Of a stretch of DNA of 64,000 nt, positions 37,155 through 47,510 are shown one piece after another. Position 1 is the stretch's first letter. The number at the start of each line of letters is the position of its first letter. A program made the position numbers and the translations under genes. The notes under the pieces are model-generated. The model made no database searches, was not told the DNA's origin, and saw nothing but the letters and a program-made list of their open reading frames with translations. This DNA is from an uncultured delta proteobacterium (GTDB taxonomy: Bacteria; Myxococcota; Myxococcia; Myxococcales; Myxococcaceae). The stretch covers positions 52,779 through 116,778 of the forward strand of contig CAWCKH010000005.1 of assembly GCA_963796055.1 (NCBI GenBank), in the 5' to 3' direction.

Positions 37155-38338
37155 TGAAGGGTCCTGGCAGCGCCGGTCCCCTGAGCCGGGGCGCCTGACT
37201 GACCCGGCTTCTCCAGGCGGCAGACGAATCCCCACCCACCGCCAAGCTCGCTCAGCGCGAGCACCAGCTCGTTCTTCCCCTTCTGCAGGGGCAGGTACAC
37301 CGCGTCGTTCTCCGGACTGACGATGCCCAGGAACCGCGGGTCGCGGAAGGCCTGGGCGCTACGCCCCCGGTAGAGGATCCTCCCGTTGAGGAACACGCTG
37401 ACGTCGTCGCTGTAGCCGAGGGCCAGCTTCTTCACCTCCTCGCGGTCGGAGGTGATGGTGGTCCGGGCGTAGACGACCTTCATCCCCGGCTGGGGCTGCA
37501 GCCGGGTCGAGAAGTCGGCCTGGAAGCTGACCCTGGGGTGGGGAGCGGAGTGGTAACGGTAGATGGCCACCAGTCCGGGCGGCTCGGCTTTCACGGCCTT
37601 CCACTGGATCGTGGCCAGCTCCGACGCGGAGAGCGGGCGCTCCAGGTCGCGTTCCAGGGCGTCATAGGTGGGCGACAAGCTCCACTTCGTCAGGGTGCCG
37701 GGAGGTGTCGGCGGCAGGTGTCGCTCCCACGGCACGTCGGGCGTCGGCCGGAACTCGAAGTTGGAGAAGTACGTCTCGCCGATGAGCACCGCCAGCGCCA
37801 CCTGGCCCCTCTGCAGACCTGACTTCAGATCGCCCATGACCAGCGCTGGCTTCTCCATGTCCTTCACGAACAGCTTGGCCCGCGCTCCCGCCACCTCCAG
37901 GCGCAGGTGGAACCAGACGTCCCTGGGGATGTCGACCGCGCCGGTGAAGCCCGGCCCGTTGTAGAGCTGCCAGTTGAGGCCGGTGTTGAGCACCGGCGTG
38001 TACTGCATGGCGTCGGCCTGCCCGGACTGATGCTGGCGGAGGTAGACCCACTCGGCGTTGGCGCCGTCGGATGCAATCCGGAACTGGATGCCGAAGAACC
38101 CGCGAGCGGCCGGCGTCGAGACGTCGACGTCGATGACCCCGTCACGCATCTCGAGCCCCTTCACCGTCGCCGCGCCCCCGTCCAAAAGGATGGCCTTGCG
38201 ACCCTGATGCTCGGTCACCTTGGCCTGTCCCTCGAGCTCCCAGCGTGGCGAGTCGGGTGGAACAAGGACCGCCTCGGGCGCGGCCGTCACCCGCGAGCAG
38301 ACGAGACAGACACCGAGGACGACGACGGGACGGAGCAT
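37151..38338 (-). CDS. secreted protein with concanavalin/LamG-like (DUF1080-like) N-terminal domain
   Basis: 395 aa from ATG 38338. Signal peptide MLRPVVVLGVCLVCSRVTAAP. The N-terminal roughly 200 aa look like a jelly-roll lectin/glucanase fold (GFFGIQFRI ... WFHLRLEV ... LFV). The 790-aa ORF-track entry is a read-through. Confidence 0.65.
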   Translation of the reverse strand: MLRPVVVLGVCLVCSRVTAAPEAVLVPPDSPRWELEGQAKVTEHQGRKAILLDGGAATVKGLEMRDGVIDVDVSTPAARGFFGIQFRIASDGANAEWVYLRQHQSGQADAMQYTPVLNTGLNWQLYNGPGFTGAVDIPRDVWFHLRLEVAGARAKLFVKDMEKPALVMGDLKSGLQRGQVALAVLIGETYFSNFEFRPTPDVPWERHLPPTPPGTLTKWSLSPTYDALERDLERPLSASELATIQWKAVKAEPPGLVAIYRYHSAPHPRVSFQADFSTRLQPQPGMKVVYARTTITSDREEVKKLALGYSDDVSVFLNGRILYRGRSAQAFRDPRFLGIVSPENDAVYLPLQKGKNELVLALSELGGGWGFVCRLEKPGQSGAPAQGTGAARTLH

Positions 38339-38619
38339 GGCAGGCCCTCCAGCCGGTGCCGCTACCTCCGCGTCTTCCGTCCGATTGCGCGCGTGCAGGC
38401 AACCGCGCGGATGCTGCAGCCAGCCCGCGGTTCGCACCGAGGCGGGCCCTTGACGGCCGGGATGTTCGCCGAGGTGCGGACCATGGAGGAGATCGTTGGG
38501 CGCTTCGCGGCCTGGCGATCCTCCTACCCTGCCGTCGGGTGGCACAGATCGAGGCGCACGCGGCGCTCCGGGTCGAGGGCGAGTAATGCCATCCGACGCG
38601 CGAACCAGGGTGACGACGG

Positions 38620-39567
38620 TCAACGACTGCCCTGCAGCGCTCGAGCGCTCACCGCTGCATCGCGCGCCGCCGAGGAACCTGGCTCGCCCGCATCGAGCGG
38701 CTCGCGCCAGGCGATGTCCAGACCCTTGCGCCGGCTCACGAGCCAGAGCGCGGCGGTCGCAAGCCCGATGATCGCGATCGCCAGCCCGCCGCCTTCGATG
38801 CTCGGCGCCTGCCCCGTCCAGGCGACCGGTCCGCGCTGGACCACGCTCACCAGCTGGTGAGCCTTCCCCGCGCCGAGGTCCACGATGCCGAGCGTGTCCT
38901 GCATCCAGTCCCACGCCGCGTGCCAGCCGATGGCCCAGCCGAGCGATCCCGTGACGAAGCGGGCCAGGATCAGCATCAGGGTCGCGATTGCTGCCGAGAC
39001 GACGAACCCGACGTCCACGCGCTGCGCCGGATTCGCCAGATGGAGCAGGCCGAAGACGACCCCAGTGCCGAGCGTCGCGGCCCACAGCGGGAGCCGCTCC
39101 CCCAGGTCTTGCAGGAAGACGCCGCGCAGGAGGAGCTCCTCCATCACCCCGATGCCCATCGCGGCAAGGAGCGCACCGACCACGGCCGAGAGCTTCCATG
39201 GCTCGCCGACCCAGGTCGGCTCGACCCAGCCGAGTTGCCACTCCACGCAGAACAGCGCACCCAGCATCAGCACGCCGACGGCGAATCCCAGGACCAGCGC
39301 GCGTGCCAACCGCCGGGACCAGGTGAGCCCCACCCATGACCAGGGCCGGTGATCCATCCGACTCCTGAGCATCCGGGTTCCAAGGATGAACGCGCCCCCA
39401 CCGACGAGGGTGACCACAAGTCCCAGAACCCATCTGGGGACGATCGCCCGGAGCGCATGACCGAGGATGCTGGCGGCCGCGCCGCAGACGGCGTACAGGA
39501 ACAGGTACGAGACGAGCCTCCATCCGAGCCGGAGGCGCCCTTCACCGTCGATCAGCCAGCGACGCAT
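38620..39567 (-). CDS. CPBP-family intramembrane glutamic endopeptidase (CAAX/Abi-type)
   Basis: 315 aa, multi-span. Catalytic motifs EELLLRG and FGLLH, plus a downstream H (WHAAWD). Confidence 0.85.
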   Translation of the reverse strand: MRRWLIDGEGRLRLGWRLVSYLFLYAVCGAAASILGHALRAIVPRWVLGLVVTLVGGGAFILGTRMLRSRMDHRPWSWVGLTWSRRLARALVLGFAVGVLMLGALFCVEWQLGWVEPTWVGEPWKLSAVVGALLAAMGIGVMEELLLRGVFLQDLGERLPLWAATLGTGVVFGLLHLANPAQRVDVGFVVSAAIATLMLILARFVTGSLGWAIGWHAAWDWMQDTLGIVDLGAGKAHQLVSVVQRGPVAWTGQAPSIEGGGLAIAIIGLATAALWLVSRRKGLDIAWREPLDAGEPGSSAARDAAVSARALQGSR

Positions 39568-39757
39568 CCAGAGCCTCAGGGAGGAGATGGTGCGCCTGCG
39601 TACGCACCTTCGCCGCTCCCATTTCCCGGTCCCGCATCGGTTCGTGCCGAGTTGCAGCGGGCGGTCGGCGCCGTGCCGCGGGCGTCTGCCCCCGCAAATC
39701 TTGCGTCAGCGCGCGCGTGCTCGCAGCGAGCCTCGCGCGGTGCGACGATGACCGGCC

Positions 39758-41713
39758 ATGACGGATCCCCTCGCTCCGTTCTTCCTCGGCGCCTACGGGG
39801 AGAACAACGACTTCTTCGAGAAGACGCTCCTCGAGCTGGTGCGGGACCACGTCTTCTGGCGGCGCAACTTCCATCCCGAGGACGAGCCGCCCATCGGCAC
39901 CCACGACCAGTACACCCGCGCATACCTCGACGGGCTGGCCCGGACGCGGCACGAGCTCCACCAGCTCACCGCCGCGCTGAAGCGCTCGGTGCCCTTCTTC
40001 CACCCACGGTACCTCGGGCACATGGTCTCCGACCTCCTGATGCCCGGGCTCATCGCCCAGCTGGTCACCACCCTCTACAACCCGAACAACATCGTCGAGG
40101 ACGTCGCCCCCATCACCGTCCAGCTGGAGCTCGAGGTGGGCCGGCAGCTGGCGCGGATGCTCGGGTTCGGCGTCGACCCGGCCCACGAGCCCTGCGCGCT
40201 GGGGCACCTCACCTCCGGCGGCACCGTGGCCAACGACGAGGCGCTCTGGCTGGCGCGCTCGGCGCGGCTCTACCCGCTCGCCCTCCGGGACGCCTCACAG
40301 GCCTCCGGCATCTCGGTGCCGGACGTCCCGGTGCGCGCTTCCAGCACCGACCTCGAGCTCCTCGCGCTCGGGGCCGGCGAGGTGCTCGCGCTCGCCCGCC
40401 GGGTATCCGCCTTCTGCTCCCGCGAGCCGCCCGGCCCCGAGCTCTTCGCTGCGCTCACCGCTGCCCGGGTGGAGGAGACCGGCCTTGCTGCCTTCGCCGC
40501 CCGACATCCGGCCCTGGAGCGGATGGTGGTGGTGGTGCCCGCCACCGCGCATTACTCCTGGCACAAGGCGATGAGCCTCCTCGGGCTCGGCGGGGGAAAC
40601 CTGGTCGAGGTGCCGGTGAACCAGGCCCGGCTCGACGGTGCCGAGCTCGCCCCGGCGCTGGAGGCGCTCCGGAAGGACGGGCGGCCGGTGCTGGCGGTGG
40701 TCGGGGTGTACGGCACCACCGAGTTCGGCACGCTCGACTCGATCCACGAGCTGATCGAGGTCCGGCGCCGCTTCCCCGGCTTCTGGCTGCACGTCGACGC
40801 GGCCTGGGGCGGATACCTTCCCACGCTCTTCCGCGACCGGAAGGGACAGCTTCTCCCCCGCGAAGCGGTGCGCGAGGGCTTCCACTACTTTCCGTCCGAG
40901 CGCGTCCACCGCGCCACCGCGGCGCTGGCCGAGGCCGACTCGGTGACCGTGGACCCGCACAAGCTCGGCTTCGTGCCCTTTGGCGCCGGAGCCCTGGTGG
41001 TGCGCGACCGGCGCGTCCTGGATCTGGTGCAGCAGGAGGCGCCGTACGTCTTCACCTCGCCCCCGGACGAGGACGAGCGCCGCTACCGGAAGCTCGGCCG
41101 GTACATCCTCGAGGGAAGCAAGCCCGGCGCGGCCGCCGCGGCCTGCTACGTGAACCACCGCGTGCTGCCGCTGGACCGCGACCACTTCGGGCGGCTCCTC
41201 GCCCGCTCGGTGCAGACCTGTGAGCGGCTGGTGGACCGCGTTCCAGGTCTCCAGCAGGAGCTGGCAGCCTGGGTCCGTCTGACGATTCCCTTCGAGCCCG
41301 ATTGCAACCTGGTCTGTCTCGCCTTCAACCCCAAGGGGAACCGCTCGCTGAAGGCGGCGAACGCGTTCGGTCGCCGCCTCTTCGAGACCATCGACGTGCG
41401 CCCGGATCGACCCGTGCAGCTCAAGGAATTCTTCGGCTCGTCCACCACCGTGCCGCTGGACCACTTCGGTACCGACGAGCTCCAGCGCGTCGCCGCCGAG
41501 CTGCAGTTGGAGCTCGCCCGGCCCGACGACAGCGGACTGTTCCTGCTCCGGCACACGCTGATGAACCCGTGGCTGCAGACCTCTCCCGGGCCCGACGAGC
41601 CGAGTTACGTGGAGGCCTACTGCCACTTCCTCTCCCGGCAGATCCGGGCCCTGCTGGACGCGAATCCGATCGCCCAGACCCTCCCGGCGAAAGTGCGCTC
41701 CGACGGGCTGTGA
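39758..41713 (+). CDS. pyridoxal-phosphate-dependent (group II) amino-acid decarboxylase, tyrosine-decarboxylase-like
   Basis: 651 aa. HFHPED / HPRYLGHM N-terminal region, GHLTSGGTVANDEALWLAR, PLP-lysine motif VDPHKLGFVPFGAGALVV. Confidence 0.85.
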   Translation: MTDPLAPFFLGAYGENNDFFEKTLLELVRDHVFWRRNFHPEDEPPIGTHDQYTRAYLDGLARTRHELHQLTAALKRSVPFFHPRYLGHMVSDLLMPGLIAQLVTTLYNPNNIVEDVAPITVQLELEVGRQLARMLGFGVDPAHEPCALGHLTSGGTVANDEALWLARSARLYPLALRDASQASGISVPDVPVRASSTDLELLALGAGEVLALARRVSAFCSREPPGPELFAALTAARVEETGLAAFAARHPALERMVVVVPATAHYSWHKAMSLLGLGGGNLVEVPVNQARLDGAELAPALEALRKDGRPVLAVVGVYGTTEFGTLDSIHELIEVRRRFPGFWLHVDAAWGGYLPTLFRDRKGQLLPREAVREGFHYFPSERVHRATAALAEADSVTVDPHKLGFVPFGAGALVVRDRRVLDLVQQEAPYVFTSPPDEDERRYRKLGRYILEGSKPGAAAAACYVNHRVLPLDRDHFGRLLARSVQTCERLVDRVPGLQQELAAWVRLTIPFEPDCNLVCLAFNPKGNRSLKAANAFGRRLFETIDVRPDRPVQLKEFFGSSTTVPLDHFGTDELQRVAAELQLELARPDDSGLFLLRHTLMNPWLQTSPGPDEPSYVEAYCHFLSRQIRALLDANPIAQTLPAKVRSDGL

Positions 41714-41728
41714 GCGGCAGCGCCGGGA

Positions 41729-44317
41729 TCAGTGCCGCACCGATTCCTGGGAAGGCCGCCATCGGGCGGCCTGGGCCCGGCTCTCGACGCCGAGCTTCTC
41801 GAGGATCGCCGAGACGTGGTGGTCCACCGTCTTGGCGGAGATGAACAAGCGCCGGCCGATCTCGGCGTTCCGGAGGCCCTCGTGGAGCAAGGCCAGCACT
41901 TCGGCCTCCCGCGCGGTGAGCCCGGCCGGATGGGCGCGGGTCTCCGCCCGCCGGCCACGGGGGACCTTCCTCACACCGCGGGCACGGAGCCGCGCCGCGA
42001 CCCGCGCGGCTGCCGCGCGCATCCCCAGCTGCTCGAGCGACTCGAATGCCGCGCGGAGGCCCGGCTCGTCCGCGGCGTCCGCCAGCGCGAGCGCCGCCTC
42101 GAACGGGCAGCCCAGACGCGTCCATGCCCGCCGGGCTACGGCGTGTCGGCCTTGCAGGCTGGCGCCGAAGGGCGGCGCCACCCAGCGTGGCGACTTCACC
42201 GCCTTCCCGCTGCGCGCGAGCGCAACCAGCAGCTCGCCGCCAATCCATCCGTCGCGCACCTCGACCGCGCGCGGGAGCGCCCGCCCCACCTCGGCACGGG
42301 CGCGCGCGTCGTCGCCCTCCAGCCACGCCGCCTCCGCGCGGGCGATGGCCACCGGCCCCAGCCGCTGCAGTTCCCCGATGCGGCTCGCCAGCTCGAGGGC
42401 CTCGTCCAGCACCGGCCAAACCTCCGTCGCCCCTCGCCGGGCGCGCACCCGTCCCAGGACGCAGAGCGGGATGACCCGCGCGAGGATGGGGAGCCCGGGG
42501 CGCCGGAGCACTTCCTCCGCCCGGGCCATCGCTGCATCGAGGCGGCCGGCGTGCAGCTCGGCCATTGCGCTCCAGCCCAGGAGGTAAAAGCGGTACCCGT
42601 CGAGGTCGCACTCCTCGGTGAAGGCCAGCCCGTCGCGGAGGACGCACGCGGCGCGCGAGAGCTCCCGCCGGGTCACCATGTGGGTGACGAGGTTCGCCCA
42701 GGCGCGTGCCGCGTCGTCGTCGAGACCAGCGGCCAGCGCCGCCTCCAGGCTCTCGCCCAGCAGCCGCCAGCCGTCGGGCTGGGAGACGTTGAGCTTGCAC
42801 GAGCCGAGGTTGCACAGCGCGTGGATGACGATGGGGCGATCGCCGAGACGCCGCGCCAGGGCGAGTGCCTTGCGCGCCAGCTTCGCGCCCTCCACGCTCT
42901 CGGCAGCCACCATCCGGAGCTGGGCAGAATTGCTGTACGCGGCTGCCAGCTCCCGGCTGGCCGGCAGTTCCTGGAGGACGGCCACCGCCCGCGCCGCCCA
43001 CCGCTCCGCCTCGGCGTTGTTTCCCGCGAACCAGTGGAAGCGCGACAGCCAGCGGAGGTCGTCGCCGCGTCGCAGCTGCTCTCCCATCGACTCGCGCAGG
43101 CGCACCGCCTGCTGGCACGCCTCGATGGCCTCGTCGAGCCTCCCCGTCAGGTAACACTCCACGGCATAGGCTTCGAGCAGCTCCGCCCTCTGCGCCCGGT
43201 CGGACCCGGCGAAGGCGAGGGCCCGCGCGAGCTGCGCGGCGGCTTCGCGGTGGGAGCGCAGCGCGCGCGCCTGTCGGGCCGCGGCCACTGCGTACTCGAG
43301 CACCGCCGGCGCGTCCGCCGCGCCCGCTGCATGGTGCGAGAGCCGGGCGAGCTCCACCTGCCCATGCGCACCGGACCGGAGCGCCTGTAGCAGCTCGCCG
43401 TGGAGCGCGCGCTCGCGTCCGGGCGGGAGCAAGGAGAGGATCGCCTGCCGGACGATCTCGTGGCGGAAGCCGACGCGGGAGGGCCCGGCATCGAGGAGAC
43501 CAGCGGTGACGGCGGACTCGAGCGACAGCGCTCGCCCGAGCACCCGCTCCAGCACCGGCAGCTCCGCCGAGGTCCCCGCGACGGCCGCCACCTCCAGCGT
43601 CCGCCGCGCCGCCAGGGGCAGCCGACCCACCCGCGCGAGCACGGCGTCGAGCACGTTGTGTGGAACCGATGCTCCGCGTCCGGCGACCAGCTCGGTGACG
43701 AAGAACGCGTTCCCTCCGGTGCGTCGATGTAGCTCGACCGCGTCGAGCCCGGTACCGGAGGCCATCGTCCGGACCGCCTCCACCGACAGCGCCTCCACCG
43801 GGATGCGCTGGAGTACCCCCGAGCTGGCCACGTCCCCCAGCGCGACGCGGAGGGGATGGGCCGGCCCGACCTCGTCCTCGCGCATCGTCACGACCACCAG
43901 GGCACCCGTGGACTCCACCCGGCGGGCGAGGAATCGCAAGAGGTCGATGGTCGCCGCGTCCGCCCAGTGGGCGTCCTCGATGACCAGCAAGGTTGGACGG
44001 ATCCGTCGCAGCTCGGCCAGGACAGCCCCGAAGAGCTCCTCGCGCCGGGCCGACGTCTCGAGCAGCGTCCGGAGTCCCGGGGCGGCCGCCACCACGTCCC
44101 GTAGCGGCCCGAGCGGCCGCGGGGTGGAGAGCGAGTCGCAGGCGCCGATGAGGACGCGGCGGCCGGCTGGCCCCCGCGCGACGAACGCCCGGACCAGGCT
44201 GGTCTTGCCCGCGCCGGCCTCGCCGCCCACGAGCGCCAGCCGACCCCGTCCGCGCTCCGCCTCCGCGCACGCTGCAGAGAGCGCGGCCAGGGCACCTTCA
44301 CGCTCCAGGAGCAGCAT
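41729..44317 (-). CDS. LuxR-family transcriptional regulator with N-terminal AAA/STAND ATPase and TPR-like middle region
   Basis: 862 aa. Walker [14 protein letters not shown], long helical repeat region, C-terminal LuxR HTH ([44 protein letters not shown]). Confidence 0.9.
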   Translation of the reverse strand: MLLLEREGALAALSAACAEAERGRGRLALVGGEAGAGKTSLVRAFVARGPAGRRVLIGACDSLSTPRPLGPLRDVVAAAPGLRTLLETSARREELFGAVLAELRRIRPTLLVIEDAHWADAATIDLLRFLARRVESTGALVVVTMREDEVGPAHPLRVALGDVASSGVLQRIPVEALSVEAVRTMASGTGLDAVELHRRTGGNAFFVTELVAGRGASVPHNVLDAVLARVGRLPLAARRTLEVAAVAGTSAELPVLERVLGRALSLESAVTAGLLDAGPSRVGFRHEIVRQAILSLLPPGRERALHGELLQALRSGAHGQVELARLSHHAAGAADAPAVLEYAVAAARQARALRSHREAAAQLARALAFAGSDRAQRAELLEAYAVECYLTGRLDEAIEACQQAVRLRESMGEQLRRGDDLRWLSRFHWFAGNNAEAERWAARAVAVLQELPASRELAAAYSNSAQLRMVAAESVEGAKLARKALALARRLGDRPIVIHALCNLGSCKLNVSQPDGWRLLGESLEAALAAGLDDDAARAWANLVTHMVTRRELSRAACVLRDGLAFTEECDLDGYRFYLLGWSAMAELHAGRLDAAMARAEEVLRRPGLPILARVIPLCVLGRVRARRGATEVWPVLDEALELASRIGELQRLGPVAIARAEAAWLEGDDARARAEVGRALPRAVEVRDGWIGGELLVALARSGKAVKSPRWVAPPFGASLQGRHAVARRAWTRLGCPFEAALALADAADEPGLRAAFESLEQLGMRAAAARVAARLRARGVRKVPRGRRAETRAHPAGLTAREAEVLALLHEGLRNAEIGRRLFISAKTVDHHVSAILEKLGVESRAQAARWRPSQESVRH

Positions 44318-44342
44318 CCTGGGCGCGCAGGGTACTCCTCCG

Positions 44343-44711
44343 TCAGAAGCTCAGCGAGGCCGCCCCGGCCAGCAGTTGCTCGTGGATGACGCTCGAGCCG
44401 GCGATCTCCGTGCCCTCGATGAGGTCTTGCTGGGTGTACCCGCGCGACTTCACGCAGGGCGTGCAGGCCACGAGGCGGCCGCCCCTGCGGAGGAAGTCCT
44501 TGACCAGCGCGGCGAGGGGATCGAGCGGCGGGACGTGGGTCGTGTCGATCGCCCGGCGGCGCGCGAGGTCCACCGCCGAGCTGGTCAGAAACACGGTCAC
44601 CTTCCTGAATCCGGTGGTCATCCCGCCGTTGGCGATGGTGAAGCCGACCGAGGACAGCTCGTGATCGGTTCCCTTCGTCATCAACACCACCAGCTCACGT
44701 TGCTCGGACAT
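44343..44711 (-). CDS. DsrE/DsrF-like sulfur-relay family protein
   Basis: 122 aa. [11 protein letters not shown] ... [10 protein letters not shown] ... [13 protein letters not shown] fits the DsrE-fold pattern with a conserved Cys. It is 25 nt upstream of the LuxR-family gene (GAGGAG RBS). Confidence 0.65.
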   Translation of the reverse strand: MSEQRELVVLMTKGTDHELSSVGFTIANGGMTTGFRKVTVFLTSSAVDLARRRAIDTTHVPPLDPLAALVKDFLRRGGRLVACTPCVKSRGYTQQDLIEGTEIAGSSVIHEQLLAGAASLSF

Positions 44712-44824
44712 GGGGCACCCCTGAAGTTTGGATGTTGCAGGGGGGCAGCGTGTCGGCGGTGAGGTCCGGGCACATGGGGAGGATTCCCCATCTTTCGAGG
44801 CGCCACGGGCCCGTCAGCCCCGGC

Positions 44825-45343
44825 TCAGGCCGCGGCGCCGGCCATGGCCGGCGGCCCCCCGCGTCCGAGGAAGCGGCGGGCGGCGAGAGCGATGGGCAGC
44901 CCCACCAGCAGGGCGTGACCGATGACGCCGTTCAGGACCAGCGGGAGCGGGGGCATCGAGGGGGGGATGCGCGACAGAGGGATGACCCCGAAGCCCATCA
45001 CCACCCACACCACGACCCCGAAGGCCAGACCCCACCCCACCGCGTCGCGCCGGAGCCGGGGGAGCCGCTCGCTGGCCAGCACGAACACCGCCGCGGCGGT
45101 GAAGGCGATGAGGAAGTGAATCGCCAGTCCGAACAGCGCGGTCCCTCCCCCTCCGGCGAAGGCCGCCTGCCCCATCAGCCCGCTAGCGACGAACTGGTAG
45201 ATGGCCACCGGCTTCATCCCGAACGCCAGGCCGTAGGCGACGATCGCGTTCACTCCATCCAGCACCGCCACCGCCAGCCCTCCGGCGACGATGGCCTGCA
45301 CACGCCCACTGCTTCGCACGTTGTTCTCCATGAAGACCTCCAC
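44825..45343 (-). CDS. hypothetical integral membrane protein
   Basis: 172 aa with about 4 hydrophobic helices. An alternative start is four codons downstream (MENNV). No motif recognised. Confidence 0.55.
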   Translation of the reverse strand: MEVFMENNVRSSGRVQAIVAGGLAVAVLDGVNAIVAYGLAFGMKPVAIYQFVASGLMGQAAFAGGGGTALFGLAIHFLIAFTAAAVFVLASERLPRLRRDAVGWGLAFGVVVWVVMGFGVIPLSRIPPSMPPLPLVLNGVIGHALLVGLPIALAARRFLGRGGPPAMAGAAA

Positions 45344-45415
45344 GACGGGTTTGCCACCTCAGATGCCTCCGGGGCATCCTCGGCGACGACAAATGACTGT
45401 TCTTGGAGGAGAACG

Positions 45416-46342
45416 ATGATCCCCATTGATCAGGTCGGGTCCCTGGCCCTCTTCGCCCGGGTGGTGCACCACCGCTCGTTCTCCGCCGCCGCCCGGGAGG
45501 CAGGCCTGGCCAAGTCGGCGGTGAGCCGGCGCATCGCCGAGCTGGAGCAGGCGCTGGGGGTGCGGTTGCTCCACCGGACCACCCGGAGCCTCTCGCTGAC
45601 CGAGGAAGGAGTCCGGGTCCAGGAGCACGCCCGGGCGCTGGTGACCGCCGCCGACTCGGCGCAGCAGGTGGCGGGGCTCGCCACCGGCGCGGTCCGCGGA
45701 ACCCTCCGGCTCAACGCCACCGTGGCCTTCGCCCAGCTCTACCTGGTCCGGGCGCTGACCGAGTTCCTCGCCCTGCACCCGGAGGTGGAGGTGCACCTCT
45801 CGACCGACAACCGGCTGGTGGATGTGGTGGAGGGAGGATACGACGTGGTGTTCCGCATCGGCCGGTTGACCGACTCGAGCCTGGTGGCGCGGCGCCTGGC
45901 CACCGACCGGATGGTCATCTGCGCCGCTCCCGCCTACCTGGCGCGCGCCGGCATTCCACGTTCACCGGCCGACCTCGTCCAGCACGCCTGCCTTCACTAC
46001 ATGCTCGTGCCGCGCGCCGCCGAGTGGAGGTTCCGGCGAGGTGCGCGGAACGTCGAGGTCTCCACCCGCGGCCCGTTCTCCTGCGATGACGGCCTGGCGA
46101 TGCGGCAGGCGCTCCTGGCCGGAGCGGGCCTGGGGACCGTCCCCTCGATGCTGGTCGCGGAGGACGTCGCGGCAGGCCGGCTCCAGCTCGTGCTCGAGGG
46201 AGCCCGACGCTTCGAGTTCGGCGTCCACGCCCTCACCGCGCACCGCACCCACGCCCCGCCGCGGGTCCGGGCGCTGCTCGACTTCCTGGTGGCGCACTTC
46301 CGGGTCAACGGGCCCCGGGCCCTCCCCCCGCACCCGGCGTGA
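45416..46342 (+). CDS. LysR-family transcriptional regulator
   Basis: 308 aa from ATG 45416 (GGAGGA RBS). N-terminal HTH (LALFARVVHHRSFSAAAREAGLAKSAVSRRIAELEQALGVRLLHRTTRSLSLTEEG). Confidence 0.9.
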   Translation: MIPIDQVGSLALFARVVHHRSFSAAAREAGLAKSAVSRRIAELEQALGVRLLHRTTRSLSLTEEGVRVQEHARALVTAADSAQQVAGLATGAVRGTLRLNATVAFAQLYLVRALTEFLALHPEVEVHLSTDNRLVDVVEGGYDVVFRIGRLTDSSLVARRLATDRMVICAAPAYLARAGIPRSPADLVQHACLHYMLVPRAAEWRFRRGARNVEVSTRGPFSCDDGLAMRQALLAGAGLGTVPSMLVAEDVAAGRLQLVLEGARRFEFGVHALTAHRTHAPPRVRALLDFLVAHFRVNGPRALPPHPA

Positions 46343-46393
46343 AGGCCTCCCCGCCGGCGACCCCTTTTCTCCCGGCCCTGGCTCTCAGCTGGC

Positions 46394-46597
46394 ATGACCA
46401 TCGAAGGTGCGGTCCGCGTCCTCGCCGGAAGCTTCGTCCTGCTCGGGGCACTGCTCTCGTGGTGGGTGAGCCCCTGGTGGCTTCTCCTCGACGTGTTCGT
46501 CGGGCTCAACCTCATCCAGTCCGTCTTCACTGGCTTCTGCCCGGCGGAAATGATCTTCCGGCGCCTCGGTCTCCGGACCGCAACCGGCCGAGCCTGA
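46394..46597 (+). CDS. DUF2892 (YgaP-like) small membrane protein
   Basis: 67 aa with two TM helices. The LNLIQSVFTGFCP motif is characteristic of the rhodanese-associated YgaP-type membrane domain. Confidence 0.7.
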   Translation: MTIEGAVRVLAGSFVLLGALLSWWVSPWWLLLDVFVGLNLIQSVFTGFCPAEMIFRRLGLRTATGRA

Positions 46598-46665
46598 CCT
46601 TCGAGACGACCGTACCAGTCCGTGGACTTCAGCCCACGCCCGGTCTTCGCTAGGGTGTTCGCCCC

Positions 46666-47415
46666 ATGTCGAGGCCGCCGGGGGAAAATCCGAGCCCCCC
46701 GCTCTTCCAGATCCGCGAACCGCCCCGGCGGTTCCTGGGGCCGTTCCTCCTGGTGGCCGCCCTCCACGCGGGCCTCCTCGTCTGGACAGGCCAGATGCGT
46801 CCTCCCCCCGCGAAGCCTGCAGCCGAGCCGGTCGAGATCGTCCTGCGGCTCCCGCCCCGGAAGGTCGCGGTGAACGAGCCTCCGGGGGGCGGGCCCAGGC
46901 GGCCGCCGCCCCCCGCCCACCGTCCCAAGGCCCGGCGCCTCCGCCCCCCCAAGGTCATTCCCCCGCCGGTGGTGGAGGAGCCGCCTCCCCCGATTCCCGA
47001 CCCTCCGAAGGTCGCCGAGGCGGAGGAGGCCGGAGACGAGGACGACGGGGACGGCGATCCGGACGCCTTGCCGGGCCTCGGGGGAGGCGGTGGCACGGGC
47101 ACCGGGAGCGGGCCCGGGGTCGGTCCCGGGCACGGGAGCGTGACGTCGAAGGCCCGCCAGGCCTGGCTCAGCCACACCGACTGGCGCTGCCGCCGCCCCG
47201 GCTACGACGAGCTCGGACGGATCGTGGTGCGGATCCGGGTGGACGTGCTGGCCGATGGCAAGCCCAAGCAGGTTCGGGTGGTGAAGCCCGGTCCCGAGGA
47301 GTTCAACCGGCGGGCCGTCGACTGCGCCCTCGACGAGACCTACCTGCCCGCGCTCGACCCCGACGGACGCCCCATCCCCGGCGATTGCGAGTTCAGCATC
47401 GAGTTCCTGAACTGA
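46666..47415 (+). CDS. TonB-family energy-transducer-like protein
   Basis: 249 aa. N-terminal TM anchor, Pro-rich spacer ([16 protein letters not shown]), Gly-rich segment and a roughly 80-aa C-terminal TonB-like domain. Confidence 0.65.
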   Translation: MSRPPGENPSPPLFQIREPPRRFLGPFLLVAALHAGLLVWTGQMRPPPAKPAAEPVEIVLRLPPRKVAVNEPPGGGPRRPPPPAHRPKARRLRPPKVIPPPVVEEPPPPIPDPPKVAEAEEAGDEDDGDGDPDALPGLGGGGGTGTGSGPGVGPGHGSVTSKARQAWLSHTDWRCRRPGYDELGRIVVRIRVDVLADGKPKQVRVVKPGPEEFNRRAVDCALDETYLPALDPDGRPIPGDCEFSIEFLN

Positions 47416-47510
47416 GCTGATGTCGTCGCCCGGGGCGTTGCCCTCCCGGGAACAGCACGTTCCACTGCTCGAGTGGTGCGCCGGGAGTGCCGCGGCCGTA
47501 AAGGTGATTC

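Noticed and set aside
41421-44270. 949-aa minus-strand ORF, plus 552-aa and 418-aa plus-strand ORFs, over the LuxR/STAND gene
   Set aside because: These are off-frame or antisense artefacts (R/G/A/P-rich, no motifs). The 862-aa frame has a Walker A and a LuxR HTH.
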